Source: Octopus sinensis (Eukaryota). From it: a DNA stretch of 64,000 nucleotides. The notes under the pieces were generated by a model. It was not told where the DNA came from, ran no database searches, and saw only the letters and a list, made by a program, of their open reading frames with translations. Location of the stretch: NCBI RefSeq assembly GCF_006345805.1, contig NC_043009.1, positions 68,634,001 through 68,698,000 of the forward strand, read 5' to 3'. The position numbers were made by a program, and so were the translations under genes. Of the stretch, positions 52,095-64,000 are shown one piece after another (position 1 is the first letter of the stretch; each line of letters starts with the position of its first letter).

Positions 52095-52615
52095 GAGATG
52101 TAGTTGGGTGGTGAGGAGTTTGATTCCCATCCACAGGGCTCTGGGTTCAATCTCACTGGTATCTTGGGCAAGTGTTACGTACTTTAACTCTGGGCTAACC
52201 AAAGCCTTGTGTGGGGATCTGGTAAACGGAAACTGAAAGAAGCCTGTAGTGTGTGTATATGTGCATGCATGTGTGTATGCACATGTGTGCATGTGTGTAC
52301 ATATGTGCATGTGTGTATGTGTGTGCATGTGTGTATGTGTGTGCATGCATACATGCAAGCATACATATGAGTGCATCCTTGTCTTGACATCATGTGATAA
52401 CTAAAAAATGATTTGTCACCATCATACAAACAGTGTCATTCATTTTCAATATTCTATGAGAACATGTCTGGCCACGGGGTAAAATATTACTCTGCTTGAA
52501 AAGAGGTGAGGGTCAGCAAGGGGAAGGGCATCCAGTCATAGAAAATCAGTCTCAATAAACTCCATACATCCCATTCAAGAATGGAAAAGAGGACAATTAG
52601 ATGATGATGATGATG
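52095..52615 (+). mobile_element. SINE with family A head and RTE-like tail
   Basis: Head GGTTCAATCTCACTG...TTGGGCAAGTGT...GGAAACTGAAAGAAGCC, a (TG)n tract, then ...GGAAGGGCATCCAGTCATAGAAAA...(TGA)n. Similar copies at 45190-45570 (+), 39505-39805 (-) and 6900-7115 (-). Confidence 0.7.
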
Positions 52616-55244
52616 GTGACAAACACTTCTTTATCATTTTTATTCCATTTGTCTATGTTTGTCATTTTCAGATTTTCACAATGCTGGTGCCATTTATAAA
52701 CAGAGCCAAAGTCCAAGACCTTAAACTTACATCTACTGTCGTCATCTCCCCTGTATATAAAGTAGTGTCAGACAAAAAGAAATGAAGCATCTTTGCCTAT
52801 GAGCATACTGCTGCAGCAATAGCAGGAAGCTTAAAGACAAATTTTAGAGAATAAATTACTCAGAGAAATTACTTAGGTATGCCATAGGCATGAAAAATGA
52901 TAGTCAAGTTAGTGTTTCACTATATTCAATGCCATGGATGAATTATTTCATCAAATTTAGTGGGAGAGGGTAAGTTGATTCCATTGATCCCAGTGTCCAA
53001 CCAGTACTTATTTTATCGACCCCCAAAAGATGAAAGGCCAAGTCAACCTCAATAGAGTTTGAACACAAATCATAAAGAGCCAGAAGAAATGCTGCCAAGC
53101 ATTTCACCTGACACGGTAACAATTCAGCCAGATCAGGACCGAAATGCTGAGGATAAATTATGTCGTGAGGAAAATAGAACATCAGCTTACAGTCTAATAT
53201 TGGGAAGTATGAAAGACTGAGGCACATGGCCTGGAGGTTGGGGCATTGCATTCACAATCATTAGATCATGGGTTCCATTCCCAGAGTAGGTGGCACATTT
53301 CAAACTGTTCCATCCCACTCAGCTTTAAATGGACAACCCTGAGATGGCCTACCCTTCTAGTCAGAGGGAATGTTGGCCTGCTCACTAGTCAATAGGGTGA
53401 CATCATTCTAAAGCTACAATGATGCAAAGTACGTTGTGCCTATCAGATGTATACCAACATCTGATATTCTGGTCGATACTGTGACAAGAGACTGAGGCAA
53501 TCCTGAGAAAATGTTTGTCTTATCAGACCTCCTCAACAAAGCATAGACTTCAGTGTTCTTGTCCCAAGTGGTCAGTAGTTCAGGACCTTAACCACAGATC
53601 CACAAATCACTTTGTGGTTGAAACACATAAACCGGATACACTACTCTTACTAAATAACATTTTTAAATCTTAAAATATATTTAATACAATAAACAGTGGT
53701 TGTTATAATTTCAAAAATAACTTTGTTATTTATAACTTTACAATCTTGTCAATGGTGGACAAAATTACTGATTTCAAATTATGGCACAAGGCTAGCAATT
53801 TTGGAGGAGGTGGGTGAGTCCATTGCATTGACCCCAGGGCTCAACTGGTGCTTATTTTATGAACCCTGAAAGAATTAAAGGCAAAACTGACCTCAGCAGA
53901 ATTTGAATTCAGAACATAAAGATGGATGAAATGCCATGAAGCATTTTGTCTGATGTGTTAATGAATCTGTCACCTTGGGTGGTGGACAAAAATTATTAAT
54001 TATTGATAAAAATTAGAAGTTGCCCTCCTCAGCTCAAGCACTTTTCTTTCGAAAGAAAGTAAAACTTAAATAGTGCTAGGTTAAAGAGGTCACAAAATTT
54101 CAATGAAAGGAAGCATTCCAAGCATAACTGTGTGGAAGTTTGAAATGTTGCTGGGTCTCCTACTACTTTTTCCTGGATATAAACATACTTCCTCCTGTTA
54201 CTGTTGAACATTATTCATAAGTTATCACAAGCTACCATTGCAGGTTTTAAATGAAGTTAACATTGAATGCGGAAACAGATGAAAAGTGTTATTTAATGGC
54301 CTCAAGGAGGTTTGGGGCAGATACAGCAAGAAGAGTAAATGAACAATTACTTGATAAGCAGTTAGGATGAAAATGGACAAGTAGTTGTTAGGTGGCCAGG
54401 AGGAAAATGGACACTTGGCAAAGCAAGCAAATTCTGAGAAATTACAAAGTTGATAGACATCAGTTTATATACTGCTTCATTAGCACAAACAAAACAAATC
54501 CAACTAATTAGATGACTATATTCCAAGTTGCTGACAGTTCAATTTGATTCCATTTGGAGCCATTTTCATAACCTCAAGTGTTTTGATAACTCAATTTTGG
54601 TTAAATTGAGAAGTATTACTTTCAACCATTGAGAAACTTCAAAATATTAACTTTCTGTAATGGCTTCCCCCACCCCCACCCTCTATAATCTTACATTTCC
54701 AACATTAATAAGGCTATACTAATATATTTTCCAGGCAACAGATGTGTGAACAATTTTCCACACAGACATGGAATGCAAATCATATCGGATAAGGATAATA
54801 CGTGTACAGGCTAAACATTTTGAAGAAATATCTTGTTACTTTACTATAAAATAGTTGTTTTCACAGTCATGAAACAATGATTGGTGAGACCAAGTTACTG
54901 GACTTGGACATAATTTTGATGAAAGTTCATACATTACAACAGTTGTTGGGTTGCAGCTCCTGGGCAAAGCAGAAAACTCAACATATCTTAGTTTATATGG
55001 CTAATAATAGGTTCTACCCTTTTCTAATTGAGTAAGAAGAGAACCCAGTTGAAGAACGAATGGCAAAAGAAAATGCTTATCCCAAAATCTATAAGGAAAA
55101 CAAAATGGATGTAAAATAATGGATGGAGAGGATGAATACACTTAGAAATCACAAAACTAAAAGTTTTCTCTCACTCCACATTAAGGAGGATTCGGCTCTG
55201 CCTGATAACAATATCAAACACAAACCATACAAACCACTGGCGAT

Positions 55245-55481
55245 AAGGCGGCGAGGAGCTGGCAGAGACGTTAGCACGCCAGGCAAAATGCGTAGCCGTA
55301 TTTCGTCTGCCCTTTATGTTCTGAGTTCAAATTCCGCCAAGGTCGACTTTGCCTTTCATCCTCTCGGGGTTGATAAATAAAGTACCAGTTACGCACTGGG
55401 GTCGATATAATCAACTTAATCCATTTGTCTGTCATTGTCTGTCCCCTCTGTGTTTAGCCCCTTGTGGGCAATAAAGAAATA
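55245..55481 (+). mobile_element. Young SINE family B copy with perfect 21-bp TSD
   Basis: TSD ACAAACCATACAAACCACTGG at 55220-55240 and 55482-55502. Older minus-strand copies lie at 52945-53130 and 53765-53975. Confidence 0.9.
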
Positions 55482-55496
55482 ACAAACCATACAAAC

Positions 55497-56059
55497 CACT
55501 GGTTCTCAAACTTTGCAAAACATTTTACATGCTGGTCCCCTTACCGTTTTAATTTACGATGATTCATGATCTTCTATAAAATAATTGCAGGATAATCAAC
55601 AAGGAAAAAAATTACATTTATGTATCATAATTTCTGGACTATGAACTGCACCACCCATAGACCCACAACCCTGAAAACCACAACTTAATCCCGGCTGTGC
55701 TCCATTGGGATACAATAAATGTACCTGAAAATGTAGGGAATCAGTTGATCAATTGGTTACAATACAAATGAGAAACGATAAATACCGACAGCACATGCAC
55801 AATCAACCGTTATAGCCACATATTTTCTATTGGCTAATCACTTTTATTGTACAAGTGTGATTGGCTAATGAGTGTATAGATGTGGTATGGGTTTTCGAGA
55901 CCAATGACAAAAAAAGGTTGATAGCATGCTAAAAATTGAAAGTCTTTAAATTTTTTAACTGAACCCTGTTTTAGCAATACTTCAGCGTCCCTTTGCAGTC
56001 CCCCTAAAATCGCTCCGTGGTCCCCTAGGAGCCTGCAGATCCCATTTTGAGAACCACTG
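55497..56059. mobile_element. hAT (Charlie-like) MITE with 8-bp TSD
   Basis: TIRs CACTGGTTCTCAAA and TTTGAGAACCACTG; TSD ATACAAAC / ATATAAAC. Confidence 0.8.
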
Positions 56060-56715
56060 ATATAAACAGTAGCAATTTGTTGACACTATTCTGTCTAACT
56101 ACTGTTCTAACTCATCCTGAACAAAACAAACTATACACAAGGATCTGATGTTTGGTGATTACAAAAGAGGCTGGGAAATGCTAAGTAAAGAAAACCTCAT
56201 CATCACCATCATAATTTAACACCTACTTTTCCATGCTTGTATGGATCTGACAAGGTTTATCAAATTTAAAGTAATTACACCTAACCTCATCATCAGTGTT
56301 ATATTATTCAACTATTTAACATTTTGAAAATCAGTTTTGTTTTCTCAAGCCCTTCTCAAATTGAGAAGCACCAATGCTCTAGCCAACATTAGTAACAACA
56401 AGAACATCACAAATAAACTTTGTAAACACAACATAAAAAAAAAAATCTTAAACTGTCTGTGGAATATTAACGACATTAAAAACAACTTTATGAAACCTAA
56501 AGATTTTATAATCACATGCAAAATTCTTGTTGTAACAATGCAGGAAACATTCTTACAGACTAAATATAGAATTCTCAGCATTCTAAATTCTAGACAAATG
56601 AAACTAGAAAGAGACTATCGCAACAGATTCAGCTTGATTACATATATATAAAGATGTATATTCAATATAAAGGTAATACAGATGCATGTGAACTAACAGG
56701 AAAGGAGACTACACT

Positions 56716-57482
56716 CATCATCATCATCATCATTTAACATGCATTGTCCATGCTGGCATGAGTTGGATGATTTGACCAGGGCTGGTTAGCCGAGGGGCTG
56801 CACCAGAGTCTAGTCTGATTTGGCACAGTTTCTATGGCTGGATGCCCTTCCTAACGTCAACCACTCCGAGAGTGTAATGGGTGCTTTTACGTATAACCGG
56901 CACAGGTGTCAGTTTGTATCACACCAATATCTGCCACAACGATGATCCCATCTTGGTTTGATGGGTCTTCTTCCCAAGCACATCACTTGTCATTGCCTCC
57001 ATGAGGTCCAGTGTTCGGAAGGCACTTTTTACGTGCCACTGGCATGAGTGCTAGATACGCAATACCAGCATTGGCCACATTGCCTCTATGAGACCCAACG
57101 CTAAAAAGATGCTTTTCATGTGCCACCAGCACAGGTACCAGTTCTGTGACACCAACAGCAACCATAGCTATGATTTCACTTTGCTTGACGGGTCTTCTCA
57201 AGCATATCGCCCAAAGTTCTTAGTCACTCGTCATTGCCTTCCATGAGGCCCAACACTTGAAGATCATGCTTCATCCCATGTCTTCCTGGGTTTCCCTCTT
57301 CCACAGCTTCCTTCCACTACTAGAGATTTGCACTTCTTCAAACAACTGTCCACATCTATATGCATCACATGACCATACCAACACAGTCATCTCTCTTGTA
57401 CATAACATGTGATGCCTCTTATGCCCAGCTTTTCTCTCAAGACACTTATACTCTGTCGTACATGTACACTGACATTACACAG
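56716..57482 (-). mobile_element. RTE LINE 3' fragment, diverged subfamily
   Basis: (CAT)n tail at 56716. The segment 57260-57480 is the reverse complement of the LREKL...WYGHV...CGRGKPRKTWD coding segment, with a longer 3' UTR than the other copies. Confidence 0.8.
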
Positions 57483-57770
57483 ACTTGCAAACTAAAAACC
57501 AGCAACAGAGAGAACATTAATATGTAAAAAGCACCTGTACTGGCACCATGTAAATAGCACACAAACTGGGCTCTAAAACTTAGCAGCATCATAACAACCA
57601 GAGACAACCTCAAACATGAAATACACCAACCAGTCATACATCCGGCATGAAACCCAGCATCAAACAACTAACTTAACAGGAAATAAAGGATAATAAACCA
57701 CAGAAAAACAAAACTGGTAAATACTCGTATCCAACATGAACCATAAAATTAACAGAACAACACTATATAG

Positions 57771-58206
57771 TACAGGTTCCCAACTGGTGTGCCACAGAAC
57801 CCTGGTGTGCCACAGAACCCTGGGGTGCAGCAAGACCAACCGAAGGGTGCCACGAAATATACATACGTATGAGGTATCATAATTGATCATTTAGAGTCAA
57901 AAATACATTTTGATACTATTTTAACAAATATCATTGTCATCTGATATTTTGCATTGTTGTCCATTACATTTTTGCATTGTCATCTCTTTTATGCGTATTA
58001 TATCAACATTGGTGAAATAAAGAACATTTTTTATCATCAATTCCAAGGACATAGTTTTCTTACATGGGTGTTTATTATCCAGGGACGAAATTTCATAGTG
58101 ATGCTGAATCAAAAAACAACTGTCGTATTAGATTTTCTAATAGGGGTGCAGTGGATTTCTGAAAAGCTTGGCAAAGGTGCCTTGAAAAAAATGTTGGGAT
58201 ACTGTG
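57771..58206. mobile_element. hAT-like MITE with 8-bp TSD
   Basis: Ends TACAGGTTCCCAAC and GTTGGGATACTGTG; TSD CTATATAG / TTATATAG; subterminal CTGGTGTGCCACAGAACC repeats. Confidence 0.7.
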
Positions 58207-60094
58207 TTATATAGAGTAATTGGCAACAGCAGCAAAAACAACAATTGTTACACAATATTTAATATCAAAAACAACCTCAATAATATACAAACACCACAGC
58301 AAGAAGGAAATACTCTTAGACATTTCTCAAAAATCAGTTCCCAACACACACACACAAATCTGGTGATCTGGTGTTAAGCAACAACCTACAACTCTTTCAC
58401 AGCCTATACAAGAAAAGTTTTCTCTCACACAAAAGATGTTGCTTCAATATGGTATTGGCCATGATGGCTAAAACAAACTTAAAACGTGCTAACGCTATAG
58501 AAATGCTGTAGAAATATAGCATTTTGCAGTTTAGTACAATGCAAAAGGATTATTTTGTAATTCATAAACGATAACAAGCTTGGCTGGAAACTAGAACACG
58601 TCCCATTTCATGGCTGAATAATTTATGTCACAAAGGTCTATAAAGTATAGTTTTGTTTTGTTTGGTGTTTTTTTCTTTTTATGAATAGTGAAACATGCAA
58701 ACAGAACAACCCAAGCAACGAAGGAAACCTAAACACAACAAAAATACAATTAGAGAATAGCATTTGTCCATTGACCTATTTAAAAACTGTTTGTTTGACT
58801 TATTTTCCCTATAAACTGATTAAATATAGATGTGAATAAACTGACAGTCAAATCTTATTACCAGTGCTACATGGTAATAAAATTTGACAGTCTACTAAGA
58901 TAAGTACCATGAAGAGGTACAGGACATTACCATAAGCATGAGAAAGACCAAATAATTACTGTTTTGTTAGCTTTCAATGCTGAGTTTAAATCATTCCAGA
59001 AAATCAAGTTTTGGAGAAGATTTATAAGACAGCCTCTGAGATTATCCCAAAGAAACAAGACAGCCAAAGACGGAACCTCTACAAGAGGAGAGGGCAACTT
59101 ATTTTGAGAAGCGGACTGCATGAGTTATAGCTCATCGTCAGGTAGGCAACACAACAAGTTCAAGTAACATTTCATTAGGCAGGCCATTCAGAAAGTCCCA
59201 CAGACTACATGCAGCCTGCAGTTTGCCTATGACTGCATGACAGGATCATTAGACCTGCTAAAAATAGCAACTAAATCTCTCAAATCATAGCCTACCATCT
59301 TGAAAAAGACACATTAGATAATGTAGTCCTTGATACATGATGACTAAAGAGAGACAGAATAGTCAAAGCTGAAATACTTTTGATCATAAGTCTGTTCAAT
59401 CAAAGCTGATCTGAGATTAAACAACAAGATCAATAACTGATTAACAGTCAAACCAATACAAATTTGTACAAATGTAGAAAGTTGCAAAGTAAATTAAATC
59501 AAAATCAAACACCTCCTACAGATGGCCATGTTAATGCTGCCAATGCAAATATTCTGACCACTGAAGACAGATAGTTTCACTTCAGAAACAGCTAATATGA
59601 AGTTATTGATACCATTAAATATATTTTTCAGATTATCGTCCATGATGAAACATAACTACCATAAAGTTTGGCTGTGTGATGTCACACTTTGTTCAAAAGA
59701 ATACTTTACATCATATTAAGTTATGCCAACAGTCAATGATTTGCTCAAGTCATTACAATTGTAATTATGCTATAGTGGGCAAGTTAGCTATCTGGGTTTT
59801 TTTTTTTTTTTTTTGGTTTGCATGAGAAGACATTTAGCTTTTGATGGGTGTTTTTTTTTCAATGTTAGTGTAGAGATAAGTGTCTGAATATATCATGATG
59901 AAGGTCAACTGAGCAATGGGAAAGAGAGAGAGAGTAGAGAAGAGAGAAAGCTTTTAAATATTGATTGGCCAAATTAGAATGAAACAATTGAGAAAATATG
60001 GAAAACAATAACCAAAGCCGGTTATAATGTTCCATATTAACCTCTTTTACAGTGTTTACACAAAGAAGAGCAATGCGATTGTGTAGTTGTACAC

Positions 60095-60490
60095 ATTGGG
60101 TGTGTGGTAGGAAGTTTGCTTCCTGACTCCATGGTTTTGGGTTCAGTCTCACCATGTGTCACCTTGGGCAAGTGTCTTCTACTATGTACTCAGGCTGACC
60201 CAAAGCCATATGAGTGGATTTCGTAGATGAAAACTGTGTAGAAGCTTGTGTGTGTGTGTGTGTGTGAGTGTGTGAGCATGTGTGAATGCATGTGAGTGTG
60301 TGTCTGTCTTTGTGGTTGTCTGCACCACCACTTAACAATCGCAGTTGGTTTGTTTACATCTCTATAAGTTGTCAGTTCAGAAAAGAGACCAATGGAGTAA
60401 GTACCAGACTTTAAAACAAAAATGCTGGGGGTCATTTGTTCCACTAAACCCTTCGATGACTGAAGACAGTAAAAGATAAACAATAAAAGA
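60095..60490 (+). mobile_element. SINE family A copy
   Basis: GTGTGTGGTAGGAAGTTTGC...GGTTCAGTCTCAC...CCTTGGGCAAGTGTCTTCTAC...(TG)n...AAAAGAGACCAATGGAGTAAGTACC. Confidence 0.8.
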
Positions 60491-60749
60491 AAGATATATA
60501 TACACACACAGGAACTAACAACTTCATGTATTGAGTGAGTCACAGTAACTAAAAGACTCTCATCCATCACATTTCACCCATTTTTTATTGCTTTTTCTAG
60601 GAATGGATTCTTGACCAGAAACTTTGTCTAACAAATAGGCAAACAGTAACACTTTCGCACACAATAATGGAAAACAGCCAGACATGTGCCACTGACGAGT
60701 ATGTATTTCTCTATCGACTCATCAGAAGTTTTAGTCTACCAGATCACTT

Positions 60750-60963
60750 GACCCCTTCAGCATTTAAACTAGCCACATCCAGCCCAAATATTCTACTGGT
60801 CTTATGTTCAAACTGGCCAGGTCCAGGCTCTCACAACAGTCCAATGATTTTCTAAAAATAAAGTCACATCTCAAAATCTTGAAGCTATGAAATATTGTAG
60901 GATTAATTTAATGTAAATCAATAAACATTACGCTTGACATAGAAATCCGAATGGTAAAGAGTT
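60750..60963. mobile_element. piggyBac-like MITE
   Basis: TTGA|CCCCTTCAGCATTT ... GAATGGTAAAGAG|TTAA; same family as 39045-39273. Confidence 0.55.
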
Positions 60964-62211
60964 AAGTAACTGAAATGGTAGAAATATCATGGACAGGTGG
61001 AATGGGTAACTCTAAGGCTACTAAATGTGCACCAATTAATGTACAGAATTCAAAGTGATTAAAGTCTAGGGAAGCTGCTTCCTCTGTTAACAACAAGAAT
61101 TTCTATTCTCTCTAAGTAGGTATTTTGTACCTGGATATCATCATCGAAATACTATTATCAAACATCAGATATCAAATTTCCAGAAAGGAAAGGTAGAACA
61201 ATGCGTGTCATATTCAGTGATGTAACAGCAAAATATACCTAAGATCATTTACATTAAAGTCTCAGTGATTAATTCCCAACATAACAAATATTTGATATAT
61301 ATATATATATGTTTAAGCTATGATCCATGAATGAGTCCGAACTAGGTGAGAGCGTATATATATGAAGCAATAATAAAATGAATAAACAGGTCACTGAAAA
61401 TATGTGGAATGAAAGAGAAAGTGTTGTAAATAGGAAAGAGAGAAGAAAAGAAGAGAATTTCTCATATGGAAGGAAAAAAATGCTCAACAAAAGATTAAGT
61501 GTTAAAAAATAAAGAACAATATGTTGTAAAAGTAGTTTCAGCTAAAATCTCATGTAAATATTTTCTGGACAAACATTACATTAAACTGTTTGTTTTTGTC
61601 CATTTTTGTAGGTTTTAAATGAAGCAGGTTATCTCAGCCACAGCTGAAGAGTGTTAGTTATCAGCCACTCATGACATCCAACCAGTGTCAGTTAAAGGAG
61701 AAGTAAAGATAAGAAGTAAATTGTTCAAGTCTTTTTACTCTGCCTAGCATGAGTTAGATGAGTACATTGATGGAGCATCGGTTTACAAGCAGATGTTTTC
61801 CCTGTCACCAGTCGTTGATTGTTTTGCAAGTAAAGGATCTCTTATTCCACATGTCTTTGAAGGTGCAAAACCAGTGGATACTTAGTGAGCAAGGCAAATG
61901 TCAACAACATCACGACTGCCAGCAAGGCAATTTCTGGAGAAACACAGTCGCAAACAAACGTGCAAACATACACATGCATCATCATAATTACACACACACA
62001 CACACACATATATATATATGGACAGCAAAAGCGAGGTAGACCGAGGGAAACTGTGGAGGGAACAAGAGGAGGAGGAGGGGATTGGGAGGGCTGTCTTGTG
62101 AAGGGAGGACATCCAAAACCAGGCAAGATGGTGTGAGGGTGGTTGCTATGGCACTGAGGTAGATGTGGCCACCCTGTTAATGGGGACAAAACCCGGATTC
62201 AAAATGATGGA

Positions 62212-62263
<52 letters not shown>

Positions 62264-64000
62264 ATATATGATGGGCTTCTTTCAGTTTCCATCTACCAAA
62301 TCCATTCACAAGGGTTTGATCAGCCTGGGGCTACAGTAGAAGACTGAGCCTAGAATCATGGGATTGAGAAGCAAACTTCTTACCATACAGCCACGCCTAT
62401 GCCTACACAGCCATACCTTATATGTGTGTGTGTGTGTGTAAAAGCAAAATTTGTGTTAAGGAAAACAAATAGAGTACAGAGAACATTGGAAAGTATAAAT
62501 GTTATGTGGCCAAGTATTTAAAATATTGCATGACCAAGTTATGAATCACGGGTTTATATCCAGCTCAGGTGTTTCATTCTAATGCACTACCTATTTCACT
62601 GAAGATATTTGTTGAGAATAATCACCATGCATTTCTGAGAAAGTCACTGCTAATATATTCCTAGAGAACGGTCATGCACTAATTAATGCAACAGAAAAGA
62701 TTATAATGTCAACGAGTAAGAAAACATTTTGCATTTTCTCCATTTCTAATTTTGCAGAATTATAAAGAGATGACGTAACAAAAAGACAAAATTTTGTACC
62801 GTCTCTGGTAGTGCACTGCCTCTCAAAGAACGTACTAAATACCTTCAGGATCGGTCTTTCAAGACAAAAAAAAATATATATATATAAGGAATGGTTCTCC
62901 AGTATAGCGCTAATCATGTTTAATAACAGAGAGTTTATTTTCTATCTTTTACTTGTTTCAGTCTTTCGACTACAGCCAAAAAGTTGGGGTTTTTTCCTCA
63001 CATAATCAACAAGTATTTGATATAAGCTGCTTCATTACAATTGACTCCACAAATCTCAATGTATCAGTTACCTCTGAACTATGTGACACGAAACCAATGA
63101 TTACATATCTTAGTCTTGAGAGGTTTGCAACTTTTCCAGGAAAGCATGGAACCAATTCCCCAGATAAGGAAACAGAGTCAGAATTGTCTTGTCCAAAATT
63201 TCAATGCTTAACTTGCAGCCTACGAACTTACAACTTGTGATCTAGCAGTCCAATAGATTATCACCAAAAGATTACATCATCTTATTTGATAAGAATCAAG
63301 AATATTTACTCTCACATCCTTCATTTGGTTTTTCTTTTTTCAAACTCTAAAATGTCATTAAAAGGTCAATACGTGAAGCAGTTGGAGTAGAGGACTTCTT
63401 AGTTCAGATGAGTAAAGCTTGTTGCAGCAGAGAATGTAGAAACAGTGAATCTGTAATATGTCTCAGTGTCTTTGCCAATCAGTCAAATGGTTTACAGTGG
63501 GAGGGAAGGAAAAGCTGGACTGGTTCAACGGTTTTTATTTTTTTTCAAGCTTAGGAAGGACATAGTGAAAGTCTGTTTCTTTGATAAGTCTAGTGATTGT
63601 GTGTCATTTTGCAAGATATTACATTATCGTAACCTCATTGGCAGATATTTACAAGATCTCCATTATATGGAGTTAGTGCATGACAAGCACAAGGAGTCTG
63701 AAGTCTATCTGGATAACACCTATGTGTGGAAGATTAGCAAAAAGTGAAAGATAGAGTGTGTGTGTGTAATTAGTGGTATCAATAGGTTGATAATGTACAA
63801 AGGAAAAGTATGGAAGACAACAAAAACTGTGGTTAATGTTGGTGAAAGAGGCCAACCAGGGAGGGCATTGACAGAATGATCTCACAATAAAACACTCCAA
63901 GAGATAAGAAAAAGACAGAGTTCATGGGCAAACAAGTTTGCTTTTACCAAAGTTGCAAAAAGTCAAAAGACATTGGTGTGTGACATAGATAAACGATATC

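Noticed and set aside
9340-59430. Apparent strict strand bias of the old 190-bp dispersed repeat relative to BLTP1
   Set aside because: Reverse-oriented copies exist (9340-9530 and about 44915-45125), and the sample is too small to claim a bias.

Overview
AT-rich, microsatellite- and transposon-dense animal genomic DNA. The repeat landscape (RTE LINEs with (TGA)n tails, tRNA-derived SINEs, long (TA)n/(CA)n tracts) is typical of an octopod cephalopod, probably Octopus; this is inferred, not proven. The only host gene I can support is BLTP1/KIAA1109 (tweek/lpd-3/Csf1 family bridge-like lipid transfer protein) on the minus strand. Six consecutive N-terminal coding exons (31390-31533, 10903-11080, 8516-8585, 6660-6850, 5588-5667, 4058-4199; 805 bp) have GT-AG borders and matching phases. 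I did not find the first coding exon (N-terminal TM helix) or the next downstream exon, so nearly the whole window is probably intronic. The introns hold a decayed full-length mariner, a fold-back mariner derivative, RTE LINE fragments, several SINE families with TSDs, hAT- and piggyBac-type MITEs, a Helitron-like 3' end and minisatellites. The most unusual items are: (1) a head-to-head palindrome of a tRNA-headed element whose tail carries a Penelope-type minimal hammerhead ribozyme (48149-48626), with a second hammerhead-like motif at 34901-34936; (2) a 340-bp, densely hairpinned unit bounded by 31-bp direct repeats next to a tandem array that ends in a perfect hairpin (50118-50648); (3) a 550-bp fold-back made of two mariner 3' ends (36930-37479). 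Most entries in the supplied ORF track are microsatellite or repeat artefacts. All family assignments come from recalled motifs; no database search was run.
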